In this document: one piece after another, positions 1 to 12,944 of the stretch
Layout: the number at the start of each line of letters is the position of its first letter
How positions within the stretch are numbered: position 1 is the stretch's first letter
Assembly (NCBI GenBank): GCA_032718475.1
Contig: JAUCBJ010007883.1
Coordinates: 20,503 to 84,502 of the forward strand
Length of the DNA stretch: 64,000 nucleotides
Origin: Nemertoderma westbladi
Lineage: Eukaryota; Animalia; Xenacoelomorpha
Direction: 5' to 3'
Notes under the pieces: model-generated
What the model was told of the DNA's origin: nothing
Seen by the model: only the letters and a program-made list of their open reading frames with translations
Database searches by the model: none
Program-made: the position numbers and the translations under genes

Positions 1-3000
1 CTAGAGGCTAACTAAGGCCCTTCTCTCTCGGCTATCTACCATAACTTACTGGAGGCTAACTGAGGCCCTTCTCTCTCGGCTATCTACCATAACTTACTGG
101 AGGCTAACTAAGGCCCGCCTCTCTCGGCTATCTACCATAACTTACTGGAGGCTAACTAAGGCTCCTCTCTCTCTCTCGGCTATCTACCATAACTTACTAG
201 AGGCTAACTAAGGCCCTTCTCTCTCGGCTATCTATCACAACTTAATAGAGGCTAACTAAGACTCTTCACTCTCTCTTGGTTATCTACCACATCTTACTGG
301 AAGCTAACTAAGACTCCTCTCAGCTATCTAGCATAACTTCCTGGAAGCTAACTAAGGTTCCTCTCTCTCGGCTATCTATCATAACTTAATAGAGGCTAAC
401 TAAGACTCTTCACTCTCTCTTGGTTATCTACCATATCTTACTGGAAGCTAACTAAGACTCCTCTCAGCTATCTAGCATAACTTCCTGGAAGCTAACTAAG
501 GTTCCTCTCTCTCGGCTATCTACCATAACGTACTGGAGGCTAACTAAGGCTCATCTCTCTCGGCTATCTACCATAACTTACTGAAGCCTAACTAAGATTC
601 TTCTCTCTCGGCTATCTACCATAACTTACTGGAGGCTAACTAAGGTTCTTCTCTCTCGGCTATCTATCATAACTTAATAGAGGCTAACTAAGACTCTCCA
701 CTCTCTCTTGGTTATCTACCATATCTTACTGGAAGCTAACTAAGACTCCTCTCAGCTATCTAGCATAACTTACTGGAAGCTAACTAAGGTTCCTCTCTCT
801 CGGCTATCTACCATAACGTACTGGAGGCTAACTAAGGCTCTTCTCTCTCTCTTGGTTATCTACCATATCTTACTGGAAGCTAACTAAGACTCCTCTCAGC
901 TATCTAGCATAACTTACTGGAAGCTAACTAAGGTTCCTCTCTCTCGGCTATCTACTATAACTTACTGGAGGCTAACTAAGACTCTTCACTCTCTCTTGGT
1001 TATCTACCATATCTTACTGGAAGCTAACTAAGACTCCTCTCAGCTATCTAGCATAACTTACTGGAAGCTAACTAAGGTTCCTCTCTCTCGGCTATCTACT
1101 ATAACTTACTGGAGGCTAACTAAGACTCTTCACTCTCTCTTGGTTATCTACCATATCTTACTGGAAGCTAACTAAGACTCCTCTCAGCTATCTAGCATAA
1201 CTTACTGGAAGCTAACTAAGGTTCCTCTCTCTCGGCTATCTACTATAACTTACTGGAGGCTAACTAAGACTCTTCACTCTCTCTTGGTTATCTACCATAT
1301 CTTACTGGAAGCTAACTAAGACTCCTCTCAGCTATCTAGCATAACTTACTGGAAGCTAACTAAGGTTCCTCTCTCTCCGCTATCTACTATAACTTACTGG
1401 AGGCTAACTAAGGCTCTTCTCTCTCGGCTATCTACCATAACTTACTGGAGGCTAACTAAGACTCATCTATCTCGGCTATCTACCATAACTTACTGGAGGC
1501 TAACTAAGGCCCTTCTCTCTCGGCTATCTACCATAACTTACTGGAGGCTAACTAAGGCTCTTTTCTCTCGGCTATCCACCATAACTTACTGGAGGATAAC
1601 TAAGGCTCTTCTCTCTCGGCTATCTACCATAACTTACTGGAGGCTAACTAAGGCTCTTCTCTCTCGGCTATCTACCATAACTTACTGGAGGCTAACTAAG
1701 GCTCTTTTCTCTCGGCTATCCACCATAACTTACTGGAGGATAACTAAGGCTCTTCTCTCTCCGCTATCTACTTTAACTTACTAGAGGCTAACTAAGACTC
1801 TTCTCTCTCGGCTATCTACCATAACTTACTGGAGGCTAACTAAGGCTCTTCTCTCTCGTCTATCTACCATAACTTACTGGAGGCTAACTAAGGCTCTTCT
1901 CTCTCGTCTATCTACCATAACTTACTGGAGGCTAACTAAGGCCCTTCTCTCTCGGCTATCCACCATAACCTACCGGAGGCTAACTAAGACTCATCTCTCT
2001 CGGCTATCTACCATAACTTACTGGAGGCTAACTAAGGCTCCTCTCTCACTTGGTTATCTACCATAACTTACTGAAGACTAACTAAGGCTCTTCTCTCTTT
2101 CTTTTTCTTATAACTTACTGCAGGCTAACTAAGGCTCTTCTCTCTCGGTTATCTACCATAACTTACTGAAGGCTAACTAAGGCTCTTCTCTCTCGGTTAT
2201 CTACCATAACTTACTGAAGGCTAACTAAGGCTCTTCTCTCTCGGTTATCTACCATAACTTACTGAAGGCTAACTAAGGCTCTTCTCTCTCGGCTATCTAC
2301 CATAACTTACTGGAGGCTAACTAAGGCCTTCTCTCTCGGCCATCTACCATAACTTACTGAAGGCTAACTAAGGCTCTTCTCTCTCGGTTATCTACCATAA
2401 CTTACTGAAGGCTAACTAAGGCTCTTCTCTCTCGGTTATCTACCATAACTTACTGAAGGCTAACTAAGGCTCTTCTCTCTCGGCTATCTACCATAACTTA
2501 CTGGAGGCTAACTAAGGCTCTTCTCTCTCGGTTATCTACCATAACTTACTGAAGGCTAACTAAGGCTCTTCTCTCTTTCTTTTTCTTATAACTTACTGCA
2601 GGCTAACTAAGGCTCTTCTCTCTCGGTTATCTACCATAACTTACTGAAGGCTAACTAAGGCTCTTCTCTCTCGGTTATCTACCATAACTTACTGAAGGCT
2701 AACTAAGGCTCTTCTCTCTCGGCTATCTACCATAACTTACTGGAGGCTAACTAAGGCTCTTCTCTCTTTCTTTTTCTTATAACTTACTGCAGGCTAACTA
2801 AGGCTCTTCTCTCTCGGTTATCTACCATAACTTACTGAAGGCTAACTAAGGCTCTTCTCTCTCGGTTATCTACCATAACTTACTGAAGGCTAACTAAGGC
2901 TCTTCTCTCTCGGTTATCTACCATAACTTACTGAAGGCTAACTAAGGCTCTTCTCTCTCGGCTATCTACCATAACTTACTGGAGGCTAACTAAGGCCTTC

Positions 3001-3378
3001 TCTCTCGGCCATCTACCATAACTTACTGAAGGCTAACTAAGGCTCTTCTCTCTCGGTTATCTACCATAACTTACTGAAGGCTAACTAAGGCTCTTCTCTC
3101 TCGGTTATCTACCATAACTTACTGAAGGCTAACTAAGGCTCTTCTCTCTCGGTTATCTACCATAACTTACTGAAGGCTAACTAAGGCTCTTCTCTCTCGG
3201 CTATCTACCATAACTTACTGGAGGCTAACTAAGGCTCTTCTCTCTCGGTTATCTACTATGACTTACTGAAGGCTAACTAAGGCTCTTCTCTCTCGGCTAT
3301 CTACCATAACTTACTGGAGGCTAACTAAGGCTCTTCTCTCTCGGTTATCTACTATGACTTACTGGAGGCTAACTAAGG
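1..3378. repeat. 48-bp tandem satellite (GGAGGCTAACTAAGGCTCTTCTCTCTCGGCTATCTACCATAACTTACT), about 70 copies, running off the window start
   Basis: The period is read directly (GGAGGCTAAC at 51 and 99). Variant monomers form a 144-bp higher-order repeat around 240-1390. Confidence 0.97.
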
Positions 3379-3845
3379 GACCTCAGCTCACATATTCAAC
3401 CCCCCCCCCCCCCCCCCCACCCATTGTACCACTGGGTTTGCATAAGCTATAATGTGACGAAACAGTACATAAGTAATACGCAATATATTTAAAAATTTCT
3501 TACCTTTTCCGAAGACGTTTCGGTTTTACCTCGTCTGGAATGTAAAGATATATGATGGCCATAAAAACCCACAATATACCGAGTTCATCTAACAACTGTC
3601 CAAGGTGACTGAAATAAATATATATATTCACATGAATGTTTATTGTTTTGGTTACAATTATAAATCGAATAATTGTTAATGGAAACTATCCCAATATCTT
3701 TATTATTATACTTGCGATTTAATAATGTTGTTAATTTTCACTTGAAACGAGGTAAGATTTAATGCGATCCGGTTAAATGTATTTGATTAATTATTTAATT
3801 AATAACTTACAATAAAATATATTAATATTAACGATAACTATTGAG

Positions 3846-4115
3846 TACGGTGGCTGAAAGCTACGGTGGCTGAAAGCGGCCAAAATAATTCACTACTTTT
3901 TTAATTTTTAATTTGGTCAACATTTTTTTCTTGAATTTCAACCCGGGTTGAAATTAATTTCAACCCGGGTTGAAATTAATATCAACCCGGGTTGATATTA
4001 ATTTCAACCCGGGTTGATATTAATTTCAACCCGGGTTGAAATTCAAGAAAAAAATGTTGATCAAATTAAAAATTAAAAAAGTAGTGAATTATTTTGGCCG
4101 CTTTCAGCCACCGTA
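3846..4115. mobile_element. Palindromic MITE, IS3EU-type non-autonomous element
   Basis: Ends are TACGGTGGCTGAAAG...CTTTCAGCCACCGTA. A 6-bp TSD ATTGAG lies at 3840-3845 and 4116-4121. The centre has five copies of the 22-bp palindrome AATTTCAACCCGGGTTGAAATT. Confidence 0.85.
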
Positions 4116-5224
4116 ATTGAGTAATTCAAATAATTAGGTAAGGAAAACCTACTATAACGCAGCTTCTTACCTAAGGGTAGCGTGGAACAGTATACTTCCG
4201 AAAGCGACCACGAAACCAAGGAATAATGTCAATAGCGTCGACCAATCACCGAATAGTTGGAGAAACCTCCAATTTAAATAGAACATAAATGGTGGGAGAG
4301 CAGCAAACACAGTGCTGCTAATCTAAAAAGTAGTAATAAACGAGATTCAAACAAACTTCATGGACTTGGACTACTACAGTAGGCCTACAGTATATATGTA
4401 CATTAAATAATAAAAACGTATCCAGTCACTAAGGCTCTTGCTCACTGCACTGATGTAGCTCACCAATTTAAGGGCGCAAATTGACCATCAAACTCAATCT
4501 TGAGTTTTAATGGGTTTAAAAATTAATTTAATTTAAAGCATAAATGGAAAGGAACAGTTATACATTTATAATGGATTCTAACAAAAACAATCACTAAATT
4601 ACTTTTCATAAGCTAACAATTTGCACTGGGGATAAACTTCTTTCACTTGCTGCGGTCAATATGCGCCACTATCTGGGCTCACCAACCTGTTGTCTCTAAT
4701 TTATAGTACTTTAATACTGGAATGCCTAATAATGTAATAATTACCGTATTGTAGAATTCCGCAATATATGGATGGTAGTCATAGTTTGGTTCGCACCAAT
4801 CTATAGCAGACGTCTCGTATTTATACCACTCCGGTAGTCTCATTGCTTCTTATTAAAATACAACAAAATAAAATACTGTGACTTACAGATTAGTAGCTGA
4901 TATTAGAATAAACTTGAGAATCTAAGAAATAATGTTGATATAAATACTGTACAGTATTATATTGCAATATGGTAATATACAAATTAGAACATTATACCGG
5001 CATATATTGTAACGACTGCCATATGCTACATACAGTACACACAGTTGATAATCTCCAATATTCTAACCCAGCAGAACTAAAGCACCTGTTTACGTAAATA
5101 ATTAAGATAACAGAAAATGTTTGTTGCTTTGTGCTTTTTGAATGCCTATGGTTGGTCTTATTGGTACGGTAAGCCCGGTAAGGTACTGCATAATAATAAT
5201 TATACAAAATATGTAGTAATATAT

Positions 5225-6944
5225 TTATTTATTATATGTTAACTTTTTCTCATTATTCTCGAGGCATTTTATTTACCAAGCTCCATTGTTGTTAATAAAG
5301 GGTGGATATAATATAAAAAAAATGTTGCACGTTTTTTTCCCATGTCATGCGAAATTTTATTCTTAAATTGGTACTTTTTTGTTACTCAATTCTTTAATAA
5401 ATGATAGAACGATATAGTGTTACAAAATAAATTGAACTGCAGTATTTAACAATATTGCTTCCATAGTTACTGCAATTCAAATTACTAAACTCTTCAACTC
5501 CTGATGCTGCCTTACACAATGTTAAATAATTTAGTGTTCTCGAATATTTATTACGTAACTGCATTGCAGCTGCATTTTTAAGAATGCCGGCTTATCGACA
5601 AAATTGCACCGCCACAACAACTCCCTATCACCCATGACATTTGCTAGATCATCCGCATCTTCAAGGCCAGTGTCCTTTAAGATGTCTCTCAAGAAAGTCA
5701 TGGACTGTCCACCATGCTTATTCACTCCATGAGGCTGCCAAAGTACAAGATTATGCACTGGCTGGTCCTCACGGCGAAAGCAATGTCCTGCAAAGCGGAG
5801 GCGATTTTGTTCTAGTGTCAAGCTTGGGGATACCATAACTAGAGATACGCTTAACTACGTAATATTGGATATTGAGTTACGTTTTGGAGTTCGCCTTGAA
5901 GACACTAAAATTGCAATAACTAATTATTGTGTGAATGGATTTTGCTGAAATGACAAGCAAACCTTATTTCTACTGCGATGCTCTTTCAACATATTATGTA
6001 TAATAAGATAAGATATTCTAACCAAAATATATTATTTTACTTTTTTCGTTGGAAAAAAATAAAATCAGTGCAATCCTATGGGTTACTTTTTACTTGGAAA
6101 AAAAGTAAATTTTTCTCCCTATTTTGGGGTATATTCTAGCGAAAAAGTAACAATTAAAGAATAAATATTTTTTTTCTTAAATTGTTACTTTTTCATTCGA
6201 ATTTAGACCATAATCGGGAGAAAAACTTGCACTTTTTTCTCTAGGGAAAAAAAGTAACTCGCTCGCTCGAAATCGCTCGAATTAGACCATAATCGGGAGA
6301 AAAACTTGCACTTTTTTCTCTAGGGAAAAAAAGTAACCCGTAGTAATGCAATGTAAAGATTGCATTGATTTTACTTTTTTTCCCGGCGAAAAAGTAAAAT
6401 AATATATTTTTAGTGGAATTTCTTAAATTTTAATAAATGTGTTCAAAAAGGATTGACGCAGAAAAAGGTTTGCACGTAATTTGAGTAAAATGCATGCACG
6501 CACTCAAAAATTATGGCAAATTTAGTGTCTGCGCGGCGTATTCCAAAACGGAACTCAATATCCAATATTTGTTTATGTTGTTAAGCGGCTCTCTAGTTAC
6601 GTAATAAATATTCGAGAACACTAAATTATTTAACATTGAGTAAGGCAACATCGAGAGTTGAAGAGTTAAATAATATGAATAGCTGTAACTATGGAAGCAA
6701 TATAGTAAAATACTCTAGTTCAATTTATTTTGTACCACTATATCGCTACACGTTTTATTAAAGAATTAAGCAACAAAAAAGTAACAATTTAAGAATAAAA
6801 TTACGTATTACATGGGAAAAAAACGTAGAACATTTTTTTTCAATATTCTCTCGACCCTTTATTAACCTCGCTGACGCTCGGTAAATAAATTGCCTTGAGA
6901 ATAGTGAAAAAAGTTCTACTTTTTTTCCCATGTAATAAATAATT
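5225..6944. mobile_element. Long foldback (inverted-repeat) non-autonomous DNA element, ends approximate
   Basis: 5240-5560 is the diverged reverse complement of about 6596-6920, and 5836-6150 matches about 6330-6600. There is an internal direct duplication at about 6198-6337. Confidence 0.75.
5561..5835 (-). mobile_element. 3' fragment of an RTE-clade LINE inserted in the foldback left arm
   Basis: The translation RLRFAGHCFRRED...LVLWQP...DTGL...MGDRELLWR is the typical RTE ORF C-terminus. TSD TAACT at 5556-5560 and 5836-5840. The right arm keeps the empty site. Confidence 0.85.
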
Positions 6945-7914
6945 ATAATAAAAATGATATGATAAAAACGTACATTTTATTCAAAACTAATAAATAACTC
7001 AAATAACCAATAATAAATGTAGGACTACCGGTACCTTATTCTGTTATTTAATAGTGAAAGTAAAATGCTGATATTGTATAATATTATAAAATTAAGGAAA
7101 CTATTAAATTATATGATGTGTGATACGTAATTTTACACTAACATTGCAGAACTATGGTGGACCAGAAGGGCCAATTCGTTTTTTTTTTAATTTCACAGAA
7201 TTAAAAAAAACCGAATATATAATTGGCCTTTCAAATTCGTTTTTTCGTTTATTTATTTTACATTTCCCAGAATAAAAAATCGAATAAACGAATTTGCCGT
7301 TCAAATTCGTTTTTTCGTTTTTATTTTTTTACAATTCCCTGAATAAAAAATAAAAAATAAACGAATTGGCCCTTCACATTCGTTTTTTTCGTTTATTTAT
7401 TTTACATTTCCCAGAATAAAAAATCGAATAAACGTATTTGCCGTTCAAATTAGTTTTTTCGTTTTTTTTTACCATTCCCTGAATAAAAAAAACAAATTTA
7501 CATTTTATACAACCCACAATCCTGCATCCATACCAGACCAGTACTCAGGTACCGGTACTGGTGCTGCAGTTAGGCTGTAAGGCAAGGCCGGCCTGATTCT
7601 GATATCTGTCAGTCTCTACATCATACTCATCATCTATATCATACTCTAATATATAAGTCGAGATTCGTTCGATTTCATTTATCTCCAATTATTGTTCTCG
7701 TTGGACTTTAATGTGTTTTAATATTTTTTAATAGTTACTGTTTCACTATCATTAATTATTGAATTAATCGTTTTAATTAATTAATAATAATTAATAATTG
7801 TTGTTTTTTTCCAAAAAGTTAATTCCGCGCCACACTAACACCCAGGGGTGATCACTTAATCACGTAAACACGTAATCCTGAAACTGATTTTAGGAATTTA
7901 ACATTTTAAAATTT

Positions 7915-7990
7915 TCGGATTTGAACCTGCGCCGCCGCAAGTTACTAATGTGCAGGAAGTTCAGGCGCTGTATCCACTTGGGCACTGGGA
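7915..7990 (-). repeat. tRNA-like SINE head fragment inside the IS3EU element
   Basis: Minus strand has an A-box-like GTGCCCAAGTGG and a B box GGTTCAAATCC. It resembles the SINE head at 24300-24380. Confidence 0.45.
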
Positions 7991-8365
7991 TTACTTAGTT
8001 ATGGGCTACGCGTTATCACCCGTATCATAAAGCATTCTCAACAATCGCATAAAGTCACCCACTTCATATAAAGTAATGCATGACATGAATGAGTTTATAA
8101 ATTTAAGAGTTTAATTAATAAAGAGTTTAATTAGTTTAATTACCGGACCCGGGGTGTATTATTGTAGTACTACCTTGTTTGAATTACACCTTTCCAAAGT
8201 TCGCACAATTATTTATTCATCATAAATATTGGAATCAGTTTCTAAATGCAAGCAAAGTTAATTAATTAATTAAAATTGTCTAAACAAATCAAGCATGTCT
8301 TTGAAAACTGCTACTGCAACAGTAATTGATTGAGGCACATCAGGAATATTTCCCTCAAATAATAC

Positions 8366-9463
8366 TTACAGACATTCCATGAAGTCAACACTACAACCAT
8401 TCACAGGCGTTTCGACACATAGTTCCTGCCGCATAAACACTAGTTCGTTGCGGGATAGTGGTAATGGCGACGACTGGTCCGTTTTACCGTACGGTGGTGA
8501 AAGATACATCACGTCAGGAATTCCTCCGGCAAATCCGATTTTCCTATTTCTCCGCATTCTATGCGTATTCCAATAGTGGGTACAATCATCTAATTGACTT
8601 TGCATCAACTGATAAAAGCAAAACCTAGCAGCCTGTACTTGTAGATTATCTGTGGGATTGTACAGACCATCATTCATCAGTTCATTAAATAAGTCTATGT
8701 AGAATTGAGACATTTTACGTCGCAAATCTCTCCAAAATCGTTCTATTCGTGTGTTGTAAATGGAACTTCCTATAATAACAGATTTGGCTGCTTCCTCGCT
8801 GCCGTCAATAAGTTTTCTTAGTTCTTGGTGTAACCGAACTATTAAACAATTATCTGTTCCGGCATCAACACGCAGTTTCCTGGGCAATCTGTCAGTTAAC
8901 TGCAGGAAATCGAAGTAATTTTGAGTTACGGTTTTAGGATTGTTATTGCTGGTCAATACGCTAAGCCAAACTACTTTTCTCGAAAAGCCGTCAATTGCTG
9001 CGTGGATGGGGAAACCGTAAGGTTTAAGTTTATCGTAGCCGTCAATGTGGATCGAGTCGTTGGGACCATTCGAACCATACCGGCCTCTTTGTCTCAGCGA
9101 TTTTCGCAATCTGTGATTGACACCATCCGGATCTAAATAATTAAGCATTAGGCGGACCATGTTCTGTGGCGTATTAATGGAATACTTTGACCACAATATG
9201 TGTTTCATGGTTCGGTAGCCGCAATTCATCGCACCACCCTGGAGCTCCATTATTATTGCAACTAAAACTGTCACCAATGACTTCTCGAAATTCCTTGACT
9301 TTAACTGTAGTTTTTGACGGTATCGTTTCACCGTTCGTTCAGATATCGAAATATTATGCGTTCGAGATAATATTACTTGGGTTTCCCTCGCAGAAATCCG
9401 CAAATTAAAATAATAAATAATAAGTTCATCAAGTGTAATATCTGATTGATCATGATCAGACAT
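8366..9463 (-). CDS. DDE (integrase-core, IS3/IS481-like) transposase with N-terminal HTH; probably truncated by a premature stop
   Basis: Motifs HIDGYDKLKPYGFPIHAAIDGFSRKVVWL, RVDAGTDN, NTRIERFW and WNTHRMR. The ORF lies between the TIRs. Confidence 0.9.
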   Translation of the reverse strand: MSDHDQSDITLDELIIYYFNLRISARETQVILSRTHNISISERTVKRYRQKLQLKSRNFEKSLVTVLVAIIMELQGGAMNCGYRTMKHILWSKYSINTPQNMVRLMLNYLDPDGVNHRLRKSLRQRGRYGSNGPNDSIHIDGYDKLKPYGFPIHAAIDGFSRKVVWLSVLTSNNNPKTVTQNYFDFLQLTDRLPRKLRVDAGTDNCLIVRLHQELRKLIDGSEEAAKSVIIGSSIYNTRIERFWRDLRRKMSQFYIDLFNELMNDGLYNPTDNLQVQAARFCFYQLMQSQLDDCTHYWNTHRMRRNRKIGFAGGIPDVMYLSPPYGKTDQSSPLPLSRNELVFMRQELCVETPVNGCSVDFMECL

Positions 9464-11024
9464 ACTGTACTACCGGACAGACAGAGAGAGTCAATATCAC
9501 GTCTAATCAAAATAGCGACTATTAAGAATTGGTTTTTGGTTTATTTTTTTTCCAGGTTAGAAAAAAATAAACTAGTTAAACAAATTTTTACCAAACATTT
9601 TGTTTTTTGTTTATTTTTTTCAATTCGTTTATTCGTTTTTTTTTATTTAGGGAATTGTAAAAAATAAAAACGATAAAACGAATTTGAACAGAGCAAATTC
9701 GTTTATTCGATTTTTTATTCTGGGAAATGTAAAATAAATAAACGAAAAAACGAATTTGAAGGGCTAATTCGTTTATTTGTTTTTTTTAATTCTATGAAAT
9801 AAAAAAAAAACAAATTGGCCCTTCTGGTCCACCATACAGAACACACCATGTTGAACGTAGTTTTATTCCAGAATTGAAACATTTCACGACAACCGACTGA
9901 CCGAGGGTTCTTGATCGGGGCACAATATTAATCTGATTTGGGGACTGGGTGTGGGTAGTACATTCTGTACATAGAGAGTACTACAGAGTACACTACATTG
10001 TACAGCAACAGGGAACGTCATAGACTTCCTTTACCCGTTCACAGACCTCACACGACGTGTTCATGCAACTTATCCTCACCCTCCGGTGGTTTTAGTATCT
10101 ATTGCCTTGGAATCAATTGCGGTTGGATTTATTGACTGACACCTCATCTATACCAATCTTCAGTTCGTTTTACAGGTACCGATACCATGTGCTGGATGAC
10201 AATTTCAGCTGTTTTATTCGAACAAGAATACCGGCAATATGTAAACAGTACTACTACCGGGTACGCTACCAGGAAGAGACAAATGAATTGAAAGTGAAAC
10301 TATTTTTTGACTTACCGCACTACCTAAGGCTATACAGCTGTACTAATCACTAATCTTTGCCTAACCTAACGGTGTAATTTTATAACATCATAGCATGCAT
10401 AGACCTCCGTAGTTAATCAGATCACCACCATAAGGATAAATATAAAACAAACTAAATATTACATTTAATAAATAATCCAATTAGTCAATTAGGAATACGT
10501 GAGGAATACAATTTCTGAATTCCACAATTTGGGGAGATATGAAATCGGTCAATTAAAAAAAGTATAAAATAATTATCATATGTAAAAATGTATATTTAAT
10601 ATTTATCAATGAAGACAATAAATATGTATAAACTAAAAATGAAGTCCATCTCTGTAAACAATTATTTACGCATGTGTTTAACTCCAGAAAATTGCGATTT
10701 TAATGATTATAACTTGGTAGGAATAGTATTCCTGTTCCAGGTCAGATCAAGGCCTACAATAAATAACATGGAATGGATTCCGCCAAGGATATGGGAATAC
10801 CATGCCAGCATGCCACTGTGTGCTAGAGCCAGTCTCATGCAAGAAGCAATTTATACAACATCGGGAGGGAGGGGATGTCCCCCCATTCCCTGGAGCAGCC
10901 TATACTCCTAGGGCATCAGCTGACAGCAGCAGTGAACAGCTGATATGCTCGGAATATCACACTGAATAATAATATTCAGAGTAGATTACAATCTGTCTTA
11001 GCAGTGAGTGCTGATTAAGTTCTG

Positions 11025-11280
11025 TGGGTGTAGTTTCGGTGTTGGGAGTGCAGCCTCGATGTTGGGAGTGCAGCCTCGGTGTTAGGAGTGCACTCTCGAT
11101 GCTGTAGTACATACACCCTCCTTGCTTTGTGTGCTGTGCATAGTCTCGTTGTTGGGCTTTGGAGTGAATTCTCCATGCTTTGAGTGCAGTCTAGGTGTTG
11201 GAAGTGCACACTCCGTGTTTTTAAGTGCAGTCTTGGTGTTGATTTGATAGTGCAGTCCTTGTGCTGTGAGATTTGCGGGT
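11025..11280. repeat. Degenerate ~20-bp minisatellite (GTTGGGAGTGCAGCCTCGGT-like)
   Basis: Three clean copies at 11041-11100, then decaying copies with recurring AGTGCA and GTGTT. Confidence 0.6.
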
Positions 11281-12944
11281 GTACCCTCAACCCTCAAATA
11301 CAAAAATGTTAACCAACTCAGCTTGGTTAACACTGCTGTACTATCAATTGATAATGATAAGTTTGTTAGATGGTTTTTAAAGATTTCAGGTTAAAAATAC
11401 ATATTTGTTTTGTTTGGATATAATGAGGACATACTTCCACTCATCGGCTCAATTTGCTGTTTGGAGTGAGGTGTTATTATCATTAGTGATTCGAGTTATC
11501 GGCTTCGCGATGGAACTGATGTTTTCCATTAGGATCGATCTATCAGATCGATTGGCATTGTTAGTCGCCTGATCGCTTAGTTATTATGATAATCGGGAAA
11601 TTTGATAACTTTGTCCAGAAAAACAATTTCCTCGCGTATGACTTGTATTTTTGTGTAGAGATAGTCACTGGACTGATGAGGTTGGGATGACACATATTAG
11701 GCCCTATATTGCCCAACGAAGTCTCAGTACCATGATGCATAATTTTCAAGCAAAAATCGATGTGACACCTTTCCTGAACCATCACGACTTGCAACTCTAA
11801 AGTTCAACTTTGTTTCAATTTGGCCGAAGTTCTCATTTATGTGTTGAGTCCGTATAAACTACCGATAACAGGGCACATCTCCAAAGAAACGGCAGTTTAC
11901 AAAATAAATTGATGGAATTAACATCAGAGGTAACGGACGGGTCACAGTCATGAACCAAAAAATTAAAATCGTAATTAGTGGATAATTATTTTTTATTCGA
12001 TAATTTTGCTTATTCAGTACCGGGACCTAATAGGTGAAGATACATTCGATATTTGGGTGTCATGAGCCATCGCACAGGCCTTACAGAAAAGTAGTAAATC
12101 CAAGTTAGATTTTGTAAATTGTGTCCCATCCGTGACAGATAACACGCATTTACTTATTTAGAATACTTTTTAACGAACTTCACTTTTCCGGAGTCTATGT
12201 GTTGCCTGCGCGCAAAGTGACCCTACGCCTACACAATGGTGTGAGCGCATTTATTACCTATCATTACCTACCGGTCAATCTTCCAAAAATGCGGATAATA
12301 AAATATTTAACGAATCAACGATCTAGAAGTTTATTATGTTGATTTCGCAAAGTAGAATGTGCATCTATTCCTCGGCTACGTCTCGGAAAAAATGTGCACA
12401 TTCTACTATTCCTCGCAGTGGCGGATTTAGGGGGGGGGGGGGGGGGGGGGCTTTGGGCCATGCCCCCCCCCCCCCCCCCCCCCCTTGAAAAAATGTAAAA
12501 ACTTCGACACAATGGAAGCCTAATTGACCCGAGCAGGAGGGCGCCTCATTGTCCCTGCTGTCCAGCACTACTGTGGGTACAGTCGGGATCAGCATTGAGG
12601 TTTTGACTCCACCTGTGTTCAAATAGTCTGACAGTGTTCAATATAACAAACAATGTAAGACAGGTACGTAGCTCATAGTGATGTAAAGCAATCTTATTGA
12701 AGGGAACTGGGTGGCCGCAGGCCAAGGCCATTATGTGGTCTGATTGGACGATGCTTTTTTAAGTCGTTGGTTATGTAATAACGGTTAATAGTCTTGTCAG
12801 ATATCATACTGTCAATTGGTTTACTATTATTTTAATATTATAGGGAGCCTACTATTATAACGTTGATAGAGTATATAATTGTTTATGTTTTTAATGTATC
12901 TATTTAAATCTATTTTTTTTTATATTCAGGGCCGGATTATTCAG

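Larger units (their letters stand above)
7153..9836 (-). mobile_element. IS3EU-type DNA transposon (2,684 bp)
   Basis: TIR TATGGTGGACCAGAAGGGCCAATT / AATTGGCCCTTCTGGTCCACCATA, with long imperfect subterminal inverted arrays. Exact 6-bp TSD CAGAAC at 7147-7152 and 9837-9842. Encodes a DDE integrase-core protein. Confidence 0.9.

Noticed and set aside
1-3378. Satellite unit resembles a branch point (GCTAAC) plus polypyrimidine tract
   Set aside because: Most units lack the AG after the tract and there is no evidence of a host transcript, so it is likely coincidental.
4600-4850. Weak similarity to a CR1 RT C-terminus on the minus strand (LVRTKL, KLET, FIPSA)
   Set aside because: Too degraded to support as a feature without a search.
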